Source of the DNA: Albugo candida | Taxonomy: Eukaryota | Direction: 5' to 3' | Length of the DNA: 64,000 nt | Assembly (NCBI GenBank): GCA_040437565.1 | Contig: JBDOQK010000057.1 | Span: 62,001-126,000 of the forward strand | Shown here: piece after piece, positions 1 through 13,734 of the stretch | How the letters are laid out: every line of letters starts with the position of its first letter | How positions within the stretch are numbered: position 1 is the first letter of the stretch | Translations under genes and position numbers: made by a program | The notes under the pieces: model-generated | Databases searched by the model: none | Told to the model about the DNA's origin: nothing | The model's input: the letters and a program-made list of their open reading frames with translations, nothing else

Positions 1-434
1 TCAAATGGGGATGCTCAAGCGCGCGACAGCGTTATCGTTACGATCACGTTCGTTATTGGTCATGGTTGGTATACTTTAAATAGGTAAGTCACAAGTATCA
101 CACGTTTGAGGAGGTATTTTTAGTAGGCGCTATCTTATCTACAGCAGACGTGACATAGCCTAAAGAAGCTGGACGTCGAACTAAATTATTAGCTTTATCC
201 GATTAAAAACATGTACACTAATCACACAAATTCTTCCTCATGCGTCTAATCTAGTTATATTGCTCTATATAAGCGCATTGAGGTCTTCTTTCTTGACTCA
301 TAGCTTCAACTTACTTCTACAATTCAGATCATATGTATAATTCTCGATCAGCTGGTTGATATCACTTCATCTCACTGAATCCTAGCTATGCTGGTCGGTC
401 AAAGCACTTCCTATCGTCTAGAATACATTCGACA
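1..434 (+). mobile_element. Possible 3' end of a Copia-type retrotransposon (RNase H tail, polypurine tract, candidate LTR ~115-434)
   Basis: Frame 1 reads SNGMLKRATALSLRSRSLLVMVGIL*, loosely like the Copia RNase H end (ADGMTKAL...R..LG). It is followed by TTGAGGAGG (PPT-like, 106-114), an AT-rich tract with TATATAAG at ~266, and a ...CGACA end at 434. No partner LTR is in the window. Confidence 0.3.
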
Positions 435-1729
435 AAACATCGGAACATACGCGCCACCTTCGTACCACCTCCATGTATCGAGTTATACGATGGCGACCAA
501 TGCGATTATTTCGATGTAATGCTAGTAGAATGAGGACTCCAGACGGCTTTCTCTTCAGACACGCGCTACACAATGAGCACCATGAATGAAAGTTTCCCAA
601 AATGCTGACATCTCAACTGGTATATAACGCTTCACGCACCCCAAAATCGAGATTCGATTCAATATACAACTCCTCTCAGCTCACAGCTAATCGGATAAAT
701 GACCTTCAACCTTCAGACAGCAGTCATTTGCCGCTTTAAGGCCTCCCTACTGACCTTAAGACCAGAGCATCCTCGGAACCGTAAACATGCCACGTACAGT
801 TTACTCAATTTCAAATCGTGTGACAATTTATCGCTCGTTTGCGCTCGAGGTAGTCTTTGACACGCATCAAAAGCCAACGGGAGAATAGCGCTCCATTTCG
901 GTCGTTTTTACTGCGCCAATTACATAACAAAGGATGTGGTGCATTTGCGGGTCCAGTGTCATTCGCCATATAATCGTAATCAACTAGAGTATCAACGTCA
1001 TCGAGTCGCTCAGTAAGTCACAATTACGATCTCGGAAGTGAGACTGCAATGCTTTTGGCCACATTTATCTCAAAAAAGTTGCCGTCCGAATAGGTAGAAC
1101 ATGACTACCAATTGGCTCGAATATATGAGGTCTCATGTAACTATGATCTGGAAAGCAGCGACAAGCTCTATAGAAATTGTTATCAATGCAGCACTGAAAA
1201 AATCCACTACTTAATTCAAGCTTCTTCAGGAAATTTTTCCAGGCGGTGTCATATTCGCGTGGTAAGTCAGTATACCTACCGGCAGATTTATGATCGTTTG
1301 CGTATGAAAGTACAAAATCGATCTGAACCAGCACCATTTATCATATCTCCCCAGCCCTCGACGGGTTGAATAAAAGCGGATTCATCACAAAATAGCAAGA
1401 AACAAGTTCTATCTCTTCCGCTTCCGACATTGATAGTTTTAAGAAAGATGGTGGCAACTCATGCGCCAAATTCATTTTTTCTTTCTCGTACCGCCGCCTG
1501 TTTGGATGTGGGATGGACCCCACGCAGTACGACGACATCATTTACGACATTGGAATCAGAGCCGGAGGCTTCATTTCCGACACATATTTCTCCACCACAT
1601 TGAGACGAATGGATCAAAGAATCGAGCAGTGATTACATGCAGCGGCAATGCGGCTTTGTGGTCACTTTGAATCGACGTTCTTAGTGATTTGTGTGTTTGA
1701 ATATCTCCTTTTACGAGCACACTCAATTT

Positions 1730-4530
1730 TCATGACACAAGCCTTTCTCGTCTGTACGGAATACAAGTGTTAGAGATCGCATGACGTCGAATCAGTGACA
1801 TCTATCAATCGATAGGGAACGCGTTTGCGATCACAACGACACTGAAAAAGAAATACGCACTTATTCTTTTGCGATGGGAGCATCCGTCAAAATATATATC
1901 ATTTCGTGCCGTCGCTGTTTCACATTTACTGCAGCTGCAAGTCGATTGAATGTCAATCTTGGCTGAAATCTTAGAGCTACGAGCTTATCGTCAAGACCAG
2001 TACGCAATGGTTTTATTCTGATGAATCAAAAGCGCATCGATGTGCTCTTCGTATGGAAAAAAGTCAGGAAATCGTATTGGATGTTGTGGGTTCCATCTCA
2101 TCGGATGAGGCGTACGCAGTGGCTTCGGAATCACTCGCTGAGCGTTTGAAGGCAATTGACGGAGAAAGAAAATTCATTAACAATCACTGTCATTAGGATA
2201 GTTTCAAACGCGGTCGGATTCAATGACTACAAATCGTGTGCGTTTGATCTCATACACATTACCGCTTCTTTTCCTTGTCGATCAATCTCCTCTTTTCGCA
2301 CTTGCGCGAGCGTTTGGTAGCGTCTGGAATCAGTCATCCGTTCATCTGTGAATTTATTTTTGCAAACATTACAAAGCACATCTGCAAACGTCTTACATGC
2401 ACGCAACCAATTGTCCGATAATCATTTGATTCTTTGGATGAAATTTCTGCCGCCTTACCACGTGCAAGCGCGGATATCCGAGGAGTAGCACTCGACGCGC
2501 TTCCAGCCTCACTATAGTCGACAATTATGCCATCGGAAGCAGAATGGACGATCCTCGAGTCGTTTTTATCGCATAACTCTCACGGAATTTCTCTTTTCGA
2601 TCGAATGAATGCATTGATCGGATTGAAATCGATCTTACTCCGTGCCCGCAAGGCTGTGAGGCTAATCCAAAAGAGTTCTCACATGGATTAGAGGCAAATA
2701 GCAGCTGCATCATCTTTTCAAAGCTGGTTCCGTCGGTATATCATCGAGTCCATTGCGGTCGGATCCGTCCAACAGTAACAATTTTGCGATTGCAAATGCT
2801 TTTATTTTGCTTCGAAATGCTTCAATCGACCTCTCCGTAATTGAATCACTCATGTCATCTCATAGAACACTCAATCTATTACATCTCCTGTCGAGCTCCT
2901 GGGATACCATTCGATCGTTATGGTAGAGGATTCTTAAATTATCCCATTCAACTCGGATCGATGGCATGCGGATACTCCAACTGATTTCCAGTACTTTGCA
3001 GTCGAGTGTGATGCAGGCGCTTTGAACAACGTTTTGTATAGAGAGGGATAATATCATCGTCGACCAAGAAAGTGACTCAAACATGAAATGAATTCCAATG
3101 TTTTGCGTATGGGAACATCCGATTTCGTGTTGCGTCCAATTGACTGCTGACAGAATTACTCGCTTGAAGTTTGAATCCATGGAGAAATGTGATGGTGAAT
3201 CAGACATCCGTTCGATTCCTTCACGGCCATCTCCTGGCTCTGCAGTATCATATGGAGATAAGTTTTACACTGAATGCAATTGCGGTACCGAAATCGAAGG
3301 AAAACGTTTCGATTGCGTTCAACATTCGATTGAATATTTAAGAGTCGTTAGCAATTCAGAGAACGACAGCCAAAAAGATATTGTTTGCGTTGTTGGTCAA
3401 ATTACGGCTACTATCGCGTTCCTCAATGAGGAGGTAATTGTAGGCATTTGATTTTGGTGGAGGAAGAAGTCGGATTACAGGAGGGTTTGGTAGGTGAAAG
3501 CGATCTAGTGGTTCGTGAGGGTACTATGTTGCTTCGTGTGCTATGGAAAGATTCCCACTTTCCCATACCTTGGCACCGTATGGGGTTACAAAGACGTGAG
3601 GTTTTCGCATACCTTACTAATGCAAACTCTGCTCAGACCGAAACACCAGGGAGTCATTGCGAGGGTATTTGTGAGTTTTGAAGGTATTTTGTCGTCGCCT
3701 CTTACTTGTTTAAACGAGTCGGATGAGCATATCGCAAAATTGTAATCTCAATGTATCGATTTCCTACGCGTAGAGGCGCTCAAAAAAGAAGTAAAGTTGT
3801 TTTCGCGTGTGGTCTAATAGCTAATGCAAGTCGCATCCCTTCACGCAGCATCGAATCGCTCAACACGATTCAAACTTCATGCTCTCAATTACTGAAATTA
3901 ATATGTCAAAATGCTGTCCTCGCTGATGATACACGCGCTTACATAGTGTCAATCTTTCAGGAGCTTATCGAAGGGTTTCGGTGTGGCGATTTGGGCGCTT
4001 TGTGCTTCTTCAATGATGCTATACACAGCAAGCTATTGGCGATAAGCTAATTGCCGATGGTGCACGAGATGAACGAATACTGTGTAGCACACTATTTTTT
4101 AGGGTGCCCTGAATTTCGGCAGTTTTTATACCAGCGCTTGATGGTGTTGATAGAGCAAAATCTTCAAAAATTTACTCTATTCGCATGGTGTTTTGAGTCG
4201 GCTGAAAGCAAAGCAAGACAACGAAACGCGTGGTACACACCATACCGACTATAATGTGGTTGCACAAGTTTGCAATGATTTGTGCCACATGAAGTTAGAT
4301 GCGGAAGTCTGAAAAAGAAGTCGACTGCTATTCTCCAAATGGCTGCGCGTGCGTTAGCCGCAATTGTATGAGAGAATTGTATGAATGGTATTATATGCCA
4401 ATAGCCGCTGCTGCTCGGAAATTGAAACTCATCCAATGCCAAAGAAATGCCAGCTCTACGCGCGCGACACAACGAACATTTGCAGGGTAACAATATGATC
4501 CATGGTATACTGCTACTGATGGCGCATTTG
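1730..4530 (+). pseudogene. Decayed large protein-coding gene, family not recognised
   Basis: Successive + strand protein-like segments are broken by stops and frameshifts. For example, ORFs 3751-4050 and 4051-4254 are in frame and separated by a single TAA. Confidence 0.4.
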
Positions 4531-4899
4531 TTTCCTTGTACGAGTACTCAATCGGCTGAATGTACTGAGGAGAGTAAGAGAGAGGAGAGCAACTATGGGA
4601 ACACTGCTGGGGTCTGTGATTTTGTATTGTAAGGATTCAATTTTGTGTATCAGTATTGTGGCTCAGGAATAAGGTAGTGGATCGGGTATTTTGGCACATT
4701 GGGACGATGATTGTACCAAAGACGATATAGCGTCTTAGATACGCGGCAAGTATTTACGATCAGCTGTATTATCTATGTACTAATGTGCCACGACAAAAGT
4801 CTCTTGTCGTACGGACGGAGCCCACCACTCGTTCAACTTTATTTCCTGACGCATTCGAATCCACACCCGTTTTGAGGAACTCATTTACAAAGACATGGA

Positions 4900-5500
4900 A
4901 AACCGCTATGCGTTAGGTACAAATCCTTATCAGTCGACACCTACCAGAAGACTTTTTAAAGCAGCTATTTGACGCTTTCGTATCGCTTTGAGAGTATGAA
5001 ACACAATAACGTCAAGTTCGACTTTTGAAAATTGGTTATAAATGCTGTACACTCAAGGTGGATGGAAAGTTGGATACGCAAAGTCGAATTTTAATTCTTC
5101 GAATGGTATTCCAAGTATATAATGTCATGAAACCAGTATAAATGTGGAAATCCGCTGTACTTCTTTTCGGTACTAGCGGTATGGTGTAGAGTACAGCAGG
5201 CTCAAACGACCTCGCCACTTTCACTTTCTTTGGGGCAGCGGAATCCATTTTAATAACCAAAGACCACCCGAACACGAATGTTACGCAATTTAATTCGCCA
5301 CAGATACCTACTTACCCTGCAACTTCAGTGGCGCGCATCAGAACAACAAACATCTCCGCTTCACGAGCCCATCAGACTTTAGTGGATTCCAGGCTCGTTG
5401 TTTCCAACAGGCGATGCTTATGCAGCAACAGTCGGTGTTACTTATTCAAATCCAATATCTGGAGCAGATGAAAGCATATTAACAAGTCTTTTCTGCTATG
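4900..5500 (+). pseudogene. Decayed RRM-containing gene, possibly RNPC3 (U11/U12-65K)-like
   Basis: ILISRHLPED (~4923) resembles TLLVRHLP. LFGT..GVEYSR (~5165-5200, frameshifted) resembles the RRM end. AATVGVTYSNP...DESILTSL (~5420-5490) resembles the RNPC3 post-RRM1 block. The match is weak and frameshifted. Confidence 0.3.
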
Positions 5501-5949
5501 GGAATTCCTCAGGAGCTTCAAATATACTAATGGTATCACGAGACATATCGACGACGCATTCATCTCCACAAACTCATACTACTGCACACACTTCTTGCCC
5601 CCCTGCAGTAGTCATCCGTCCGCATTTACATCCCAAGTACAATTTCAGCCTAAATGAACAATAGATTTGAGCTAGTGTTGGGAGAAAATACATGTGGCAG
5701 AGAAAAGATCAAATGCTTGCACGAGCGCTTTGTCGTTCTTTGTTCTCGCCATCTAAGCTGTTAGAGAAAGCGTTTCTTCTTGGCACCGAATTGCCCGCCG
5801 GAAGCGCTTGTGTGCGTACTACAAACTCAGAAATCAGATACAAAATCGGATCTCAGGACACTTACGTAATGGGAAGATGAAATGTCTCGGAAATTCGCGC
5901 TAAATCAAGTTTTGTGATGCATTGGTATCTAAACTAATAAGATATGCTA

Positions 5950-6410
5950 TCGCTATAAACATACAGAGCATATGTCATAATGGAGTGAATACTGTGTAGT
6001 ATGTAGGGCTGCGAAGCAAATCCTGATGAAAAGAAGTAGCATTTTAAACATTGCAGGGGAGCGTATGAAAGAGGCACACTTATAGGGTAAGGTACTCTCT
6101 CAGAATATGGAGTATAGTGTTATAAATATATGAAGGTATCTGCTATAATGGAGTAAAAAAAAAGAGTAGTAGCATTATGGCCATTGAGGGGAAGGAAGAA
6201 TTCATATATGAAACGAGGTACGCTATCAGAATATGGAGTCCAGTGTTATAAACATATAAAGGTATATGCTATAATGGAGTGAATATTAAGTGCACTACGT
6301 AGAGCTGAGACTGATTTTAAACAAATTGTATGAAAATTTGTACCATTATAAACATTGAGGGGAAGCGCATTAAGGAGGCATTCGTATATAAAGTAAGGTA
6401 TGGTTTCTGA
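5950..6410. repeat. Degenerate tandem repeat, ~170-bp unit, ~3 copies (middle copy carries a ~40-bp deletion)
   Basis: ATAATGGAGT recurs at 5977, 6145 and 6271. CATTG(C)AGGGG recurs at 6049, 6182 and 6353. TCAGAATATGGAGT..AGTGTTATAAA occurs twice. Confidence 0.8.
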
Positions 6411-6514
6411 CCAAAAAGACTTAAATTATAGAACATTGGAGAGAATCGTGCATTGTCAGTAAAGCTTGGCGCAGTACGCCACTGTTTCAGATCATTCGAT
6501 TCATTTTTAACGCC

Positions 6515-9400
6515 ATGCAAAACGAGCAATCAATGGAGTACTTCGGACGAGCAATCCATGGAGTACTTCGGACGAGCATTTTTTACGATCGAATGGCTGC
6601 TTCAAATCGCTTACAAAAGCAAATATGCGTACAAACAAATAGACGAACACAACGTTTCGAAACGTGCTGCGCGAAAATGATCGAATCTCTGGCTATTTTA
6701 CTCCTTTCAAACCCTTCCAAAGCGTTTGAGCGAATTTTTAGCATTCTCTCCAAACCTCAAACGACCGAATCGATGGTAACTTGGGAGAAAACTCGCGTAT
6801 CAAACTTTGCGTCGACTTCGAAGAGAGACATTCGCGTCGAACAGCTTTTTTTCCAGCGTCAGTCCGCCCAAATAACAGAGCTGATTGCCTTCTACGACTC
6901 CCAAAAAGTAGAATTGATATCTAAAGTCCTCGAGGTCTTTAATGAGATCACGATCGTCCTTATGAAGCGAGGAATAGCGCCATCGAATCCAGCCTTCCAA
7001 CATATATCTACTCGAATGCTGCACGTTTCTTGAGGGGGAAGCACGGAACTTATTGGAACATGGAGAAAAAACGGCGTCTTTGTTTCTTCACGCTGGGATC
7101 TCAGTTGTTTTATTGCAATGGATACATCTCTGTGCTCCAGTTTGCATCGTTAATTCATTTCATCGATTTCATCGCATTTCTGCACGAGAAACTCGCAGGA
7201 TACACGAAAAGTTGCAGTCCAAACCTCACTCACTTCTCGCAGCCACATACTCGATCCTTTGCCAGTGTGAGTCTTCAACTGCTGGAGAAAACGCCGTGTA
7301 AATTAGAGTCGGAGGTTCGTCTGTCAGTCGTATGGATCGCCACGATAAGCGTCTGGAAACAATAATGGCACAGTGTCTCCGGTGTTTGTGTGACGTGCAA
7401 TTACTCCCAAATTTGGACGATCATCACACGAAACGTGAGCTCACTGAATTGGATCTCAAGGATTTCTTTCGTGTCTCACAATTTGCCTTACGAATACTAT
7501 TGATATACCCTCCAATACCGACGTCGCAAAACCGTGAGAATACCAAGTTTTTGAACGATGCGCGACGCCCATCGACGGCGAATTCTCTACCTTTGAACGA
7601 CCACACGCTCGTGTCTGTATGTAATAACGCTCATGCGTCTACTCTCTGCCTCGAGCGTTCTGTAAGAGAAGCTGTGTGGACGTACTTGGAGTTGGATGGT
7701 TTGGAGCGTTAGTATCGCCCACCGACGCGTTTGGAAGTCAGCGATTAATACACTCGATGCGATTCGCTCGGAAGCGGTCGATGAGATGAAGAGCAAAAGA
7801 GTATGGTTCTTAAACCATTTATGGTATGTCATGAGCGAAAATGATACGATTCCACGCCGAACTTGCGGGTCGGCGACCGATTTACGCGATTTATACACAT
7901 TAGAAGTCCAAATGACGCGCCGGTTTTCATACAATCTGACAAATATGGGGCATATCCATCCCAAAAAAAGAGCTTCATGGTTTAGATTTCCCGATTGGCT
8001 CGAGATTTATACCTCGCTGTGATGGACACAATGCTGATCGTTCTCGGACGCCATACGGCACTAAACGTCCTACAAACGCTTTGGCAACGAACAGTGACGG
8101 AAAAAGATGTCATATCGATTGCAAATTTACATAAACGTGTGATTTAATTTCATATTCGCAACCGTTCGATAGATGGAACCGCACCGAAACAGAAAAATTG
8201 CAGTCACACGATCACACGTTCTCTTTAGAGAAACTTATTGAACGATGTTGCCTCCTGTTAGCAGAACTCGCATGCTGAAGTTGTGCACTGGCGGCAGCAT
8301 TAGGCGATACCATCAAACCAGTAAACGCTTTACTCGACGTCGAACCTCGTCATACAACTTTGGAAATGACCATTGAGTGTTTCGAGGGAGCAGCTTCACT
8401 TCTGTACGGCTTGGTGCTTAAAACAGCCCTGGACGCACCTTTGATCTTTGAGAATGTTCCCCATCATGAAAATGGCAATGTAGTATCGATTTCACGCAAA
8501 CGCAGAGCATATTGAGTTATTGGATCAACGCAGATGGAGCTTGGGTCCTCGGAAAAAAGAGCATATGGCTTTAGGCTCCTGCATGCACTCTACGCAATTC
8601 AGTCGTTCCGACTCCAATTGCTGCTTTCGTATCCGAACGACCTGAAGCAATAACACGGCGTGTTGACGCATTCATACTCGTCGGAATTCCCCAAAAATTA
8701 ACTCGTGGAATCCATCAAATAGCCTTAGTTATCTGAACTCTAAGATTTCACGCTCGAAATGATTGTGAGTCAACCGCTTGAGTTGTATTCTGCTGAAATG
8801 ATCCGTAGGATTCGAGCGTTTGCGTTACTCAATTTTTTGGACGCGTTAGAATACGTCTGTACGAAAGATCGATATTTTCATTCGGGTCAGTACACAATGG
8901 CGAAAACATATCATTACGCACTTTTATCCTCCGGTTTTCTTATGATGAAATGCTTCGGACGCATTGACACCAATACGTCGGGGAAGAGCGTATCGGCGGA
9001 GATATATTTGCAGTACTCTTTCACACGATAGAAAATCGATTGAAAAGACCTTGCAAAGCGGTTCTAGATCCGGTTGCTTCTCAGGTACAGCTGCTGGGTC
9101 TAATGTTGCTGTGTGCTTTACATAATCCATCGCACCGATCGAAGAGTTTGACGGCCTTAATTAGCGCCAAGCAAAGTACGACGGGTATCGACTTCGGTAT
9201 TCGGCCTTTTACCTCTATCTTCTATAGAAGCACGACGCGTACGGAAGACTGAATGAAATGACAATGTGGGCGTCTGCATGTAAGGAACAGCACGATGTGG
9301 TCAGATTCATGCTGGAAAACGTCCTCCACGCTCGGGATGATTTTTTGGAGAAGCGATTTGAACGAGATTCATGCTATATCGATCGAAATAAGGCGCTTAG
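6515..9400 (+). pseudogene. Decayed large helical protein gene, family not recognised
   Basis: A chain of overlapping + strand ORF fragments (6515-7033, 7030-7365, 7332-7712, 7696-8022, 8759-9031, 9040-9252) has protein-like composition and is joined by frameshifts and stops. Confidence 0.45.
6522..6578. repeat. 25-bp tandem duplication causing a frameshift
   Basis: ACGAGCAATC(A/C)ATGGAGTACTTCGG occurs twice, followed by ACGAGCA. Confidence 0.9.
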
Positions 9401-9519
9401 TATAGTAAAGCTTGGCACCATATTTTAGTTCAAGTTTTATTGTAATATGGCAAAGTATCGCAAGCAAGGTAATTCTATACACGAAGATCGTCATCATCTT
9501 TCGACCTGAACTCCCGGTA

Positions 9520-11340
9520 GGAATTGTCTTTAATTACGTCGCTTTTGAATTTCCTTGAACTCGATTTGGCGTATCATCATCCGCATTGTGACATCTATGC
9601 GGCAGCATCCGAAACTAAAGTTTATGGTTTGAAGCTCCGCCAAAGTTGATTTTGTCATCTTTCTCAGAAGCAAGTTTTGGAGCAAGTGTGATTGAAATGA
9701 ATCCCGTACGTCAATTTGGCTGGAGGCAGATGTGAAGATGGTGCGCTTGAGTGTCGCAGAGTTTTTTTCACAACCATCAAGAAAAAATGCACAAATCAAT
9801 ACTGTTTATAGAACGTGGAGAAAACATCAATCTGGCGATATCATGGTCGCACGCGAACAAAAGCATGTCGTAGCATTTTTTTTTTCAAGTTGAGAGTTGC
9901 CCCGCAGTGGTTCTCGTCTTTGGACTACATAATGGAGAGATCAGAATAGTCAAGTCAGGTAACATTCTACGATCAACTTCAATCGAACGAGGTGTTGGAC
10001 ATATGTTCGGTGCATTCACTGATTCTATCCGATTTGATTTGATCGTACCTGATGGAAGAGAGAAACATTCTCATATCCAACGTGCTCCATCTGTAAAGAC
10101 TAGAGCGATTCATAAAGCCGTGTTTCATACTAGAAGATGGATCAGGAACCAATTTGAAAGAAAGAGATGTCCTCTCACGAATATGTACTGGACGCAAAAG
10201 CCATATTGGAAGATAGTAAGAACAGCTGTACTCGACAAAGTGAATCGTCAAAAGTTTTCTCGTCAAACAACAGAATGATCTCAGCAGAAATTGTGCAGCC
10301 TTTTAATGACTGTAATGGCGATTTCGACAATATATAGGTAATGACTGAGAGTATCATACCGAATCCAAAAAATCTCTTGAGGCTATGAAGCAATCCCCTT
10401 TCGATTCTCACGTGCTCTCATCTCGAAATTGACACGACTAGAGAGATACGCTGACAGTTGTCCCGCAGTCAAAAAGCTGGATTTAGGAAAATGAAATGGA
10501 TGGTCTGAAAAAATGATACAGTGCATCTCATATCATCTACGAGTTCATATTGCATCAAAACTGGCGTAAATTGTTGTGGGAATCGAAACCTAGAATACGA
10601 AATAGATGCTACAGCTGCTAGCCATTGCATTTAAGACTGGAAATCTCAACGTCTCCTCCGTTGATTACGACAATAAAAATAACAATACTGGAATTATGCT
10701 AAATTTCAAAAGCTGTCGCGTTGGTCCCGACGGAAGGAGCAACTAATCGCGAGGGAAGAGATTCGATTCGAAATAAAAGAGTAGAGTATCCATACAAGCA
10801 GAGATCGGAAAAATTAACGGACCTATCACAGCCATTGCTTTGGAATGGGCGATAAAGATTCATATAAAGAAGCGGAGTTGTTCTTCAAACGAAAAAAACC
10901 CTTTTTTTAACATGAACAACTGCTGGCTCCGTACCGATTCGACATTCTCACCCAACTACCGCATGTCCTCATCTGTGGAGGGGGGAAGAAAGTTATGATG
11001 AACTTGCTCGGCTGACAGCACACGATTCCAAACTGGCACAGATCGTTGGAAATTATGAAAGAGGGTGACAATGCTGACAGCGATAACGATAACGTAAATA
11101 TCGACAACAATGACAATAGAATACATCTTTTCCATTGGCTGCTGCGAACTCAGTAATTTAGGGTAAACTAGTGCAAGAAAACTTGAGAGGTTGGGTGGAA
11201 GGAGCATTCCCATAAAATGCGAATGGAGTGACTGAAATGCGTCGACAATCAGAAAAAATGAGAAGCGAAACATCCACACGGAAACTGTATGGAGTCGGCG
11301 AACGAGGATCTCGATAGGCTAAAAAGGGCAGATTCAATAA
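9520..11340 (+). pseudogene. Decayed WD40/beta-propeller-like gene
   Basis: Blade-like fragments VLVFGLHNGEIRIV (~9910), LLAIAFKTGNLNVSSV (~10615) and ITAIALEW (~10825), with many stops. Confidence 0.3.
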
Positions 11341-11349
11341 CAAAGGATC

Positions 11350-13600
11350 AAGATCAACATGCTAAGTCCTGGTTCTACAGTTGCTTTACGAATTAAGTTA
11401 GGACTATATATTTCATCACCCCCAGTATCACGCAAGAATGGTATTCTCGGCGGCTCGAGCATCTGACCACGATATGGTATTTGTTCTACTTCATCCAATA
11501 ATGGAAATCTCAAGTAATATGTCATACTGAAAGCATCGGCTCGCTACTTAGTCCACCATGAAATCAGTCACGTTACAACCTAACCCGAGAGAATCCTGAG
11601 CCCCTGAAGACGTATGTCTTGCCAGATGGATACCAAGTCAAGTCTATTATCCCAATATAACAAAAGTACACGAATGATGGCCACAGACACACTACACACT
11701 CGTCTTTTTCCTACTTCTTCGGCTGATTATTCTTATACTCTAATGCGCAGATTCCGGGCCAATAAAGACTGGGGGGAAATTGAATGGTCGATTTGTGGAG
11801 CTTGAAGTAGATATCTAGATTGGTGCAAAAAGATGGATTCACGCACTCGAGAAGGTGTTCGTCTTGTGGAACAAGTCATGCTTCATCAAGAGATATTAAA
11901 ACGGTGCCACCGATATCGCACCAATGCAAGTATCCATGCCACAAACGCTCAGAGCCGATGAGAGGGTTACTTTCTTGTTCAATAAATACTGATTACGCAA
12001 AATCAGAAGATAGGTGCTGGCTTGCTGGTGTGGAGGGACTGAATACATGCAAGAGTGTCCCTACTATCATACGGGTAGCTTCATCCGTGCACGGACAGAT
12101 AAAAAACATGATGAATTCTGTCATTTTTCTGCTACAGTCAGCGCCATTTTGTGTTTTTCCGACACATAATCTACACATACTCTATCATCCACAATATGTT
12201 ACTTGCTCGTCTGTTCTCTTGCTACCGCTGCTGCGATTACCATATCATGTCTCTCGATAAAGCCGTTAAGTGGAGTCGAAAAGTATCATTCTTAAGAGTA
12301 TCTCAGCTCAACTAAGGTTCCTCAAAAGCAGTACAGCGACTTCTTATGACTCACACACGGTATTCGATAAGATCTAGCTTCTGCAAACATGAAGGTTATA
12401 CAGGAAATTGTATGATGTCGCTGATCTCTGATGCTGTTTAGATCACGCAAAAACCATATTATTTGTGGTCACTATGGAGAAACCCTCGGAATATGGCCCT
12501 GATGCAATATTGGCGACTAATTTTTTTCGTAATGCGCAAAGTATCATGCATCTTGAATGTCGAATTCTAAAGCTGCTACCACTTCGGCAAATTACGACTT
12601 TCACAACCACAATTGCTACTCATTCAACGCTTATAATCGGACAGATGATTCATGGAAGCATTCCCGGTGCCCGTAACCTGTACATGCTTTTCTAATTTCT
12701 TTAAAACGGTTTCAACAATGAGTCAGCGTTTCAAAAAACTATACGACTATGAACGAGTTGATGTATCGTAACATGGAGGATGCAGCAAAAATAAGCAAAA
12801 AAAAGGCATCTTTATCTTTATCCAGTCTGCATCGCGTATAGTCAATCCGACAATGCGTACAAAAACCGAATATGCAAGCAGTCTCGACACGCAGAGACAA
12901 GCAGAGTTCTAACAGAATCAAAAGCTATCACTGAGTTTTTCCAATTGACGAAACGTCTCAGCATGGCGTTCTGTAAAAATGAATAACCGGCTGATCAAGT
13001 TGAGATACAATAGAACATGAATCAAGAAGGCAAGCGATACTGCAACGTTCTCGAAAAAAGATTATTAGTAGCGAAGGGAGACATCACATCGAGTGACATA
13101 AACGTTTACAAGAGACATTTTGTGGTGGCCCATACAGAAATGGGAAAATCCCTGGCTTGAAAGATAAAAATGGTCTAAATGACTGGGTGATTGGGTTACT
13201 CATCCATAAGAATTTGGGTCTTATCGTCGCCCGATGAGGTGAGTCTACAAACAAGGCTCTTGATATTGACATTAGGAATCTTTCGTAGCGATGCCCTGGC
13301 TGCTATTTGTGCAATTGCGATCTCAGTAATACGTACCATAGACGTCATTCTGTTGCACCAAATGAAACAATGTATGAATTGTATCATAGAATCACTCAAG
13401 TACATATTTTCCAAGCAATAATGGATTGCATGTGCGAAACTTGGGCGAGTCACTTTTCTGGTGGTGCTGGACGAAGGAGTCACCAGGGGATTGATATCAT
13501 CTCGGCCTGTAAGCTGGCATATATAATGGAAGCGTGAGCTTCAGCAACGTCACTACAGGATGAACGCATCTAAACGGTAAGCGATTATTTCCGCGGATAT
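11350..13600 (+). pseudogene. Decayed gene with repeated CxxC-hydrophobic motifs (CCG/CHXC effector-like)
   Basis: GLNTC..(frameshift)LLSYG at ~12040, NCMMSLI at ~12405, GLNDWVIGLL at ~13175, and an intact QCMNCII at ~13370. Confidence 0.3.
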
Positions 13601-13734
13601 CTTAGAATTTTCTGATCCTATTCCGTCCAAAAAATGATCCACTTCTTTGAGAAAAAACAGACAGAATTCACATGCACGTCAGTTATAAGATGTTTTGTCA
13701 GCATCGGCCGTACATACTCATATATTTATTATAC

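Noticed and set aside
4537-4698. Possible solo LTR (TG...CA, purine-rich tract)
   Set aside because: No target-site duplication and no second copy in the window.
6522-6578. CRISPR-like 25-bp repeat
   Set aside because: The units are directly adjacent with no spacers, no cas genes are present, and the context is eukaryotic.
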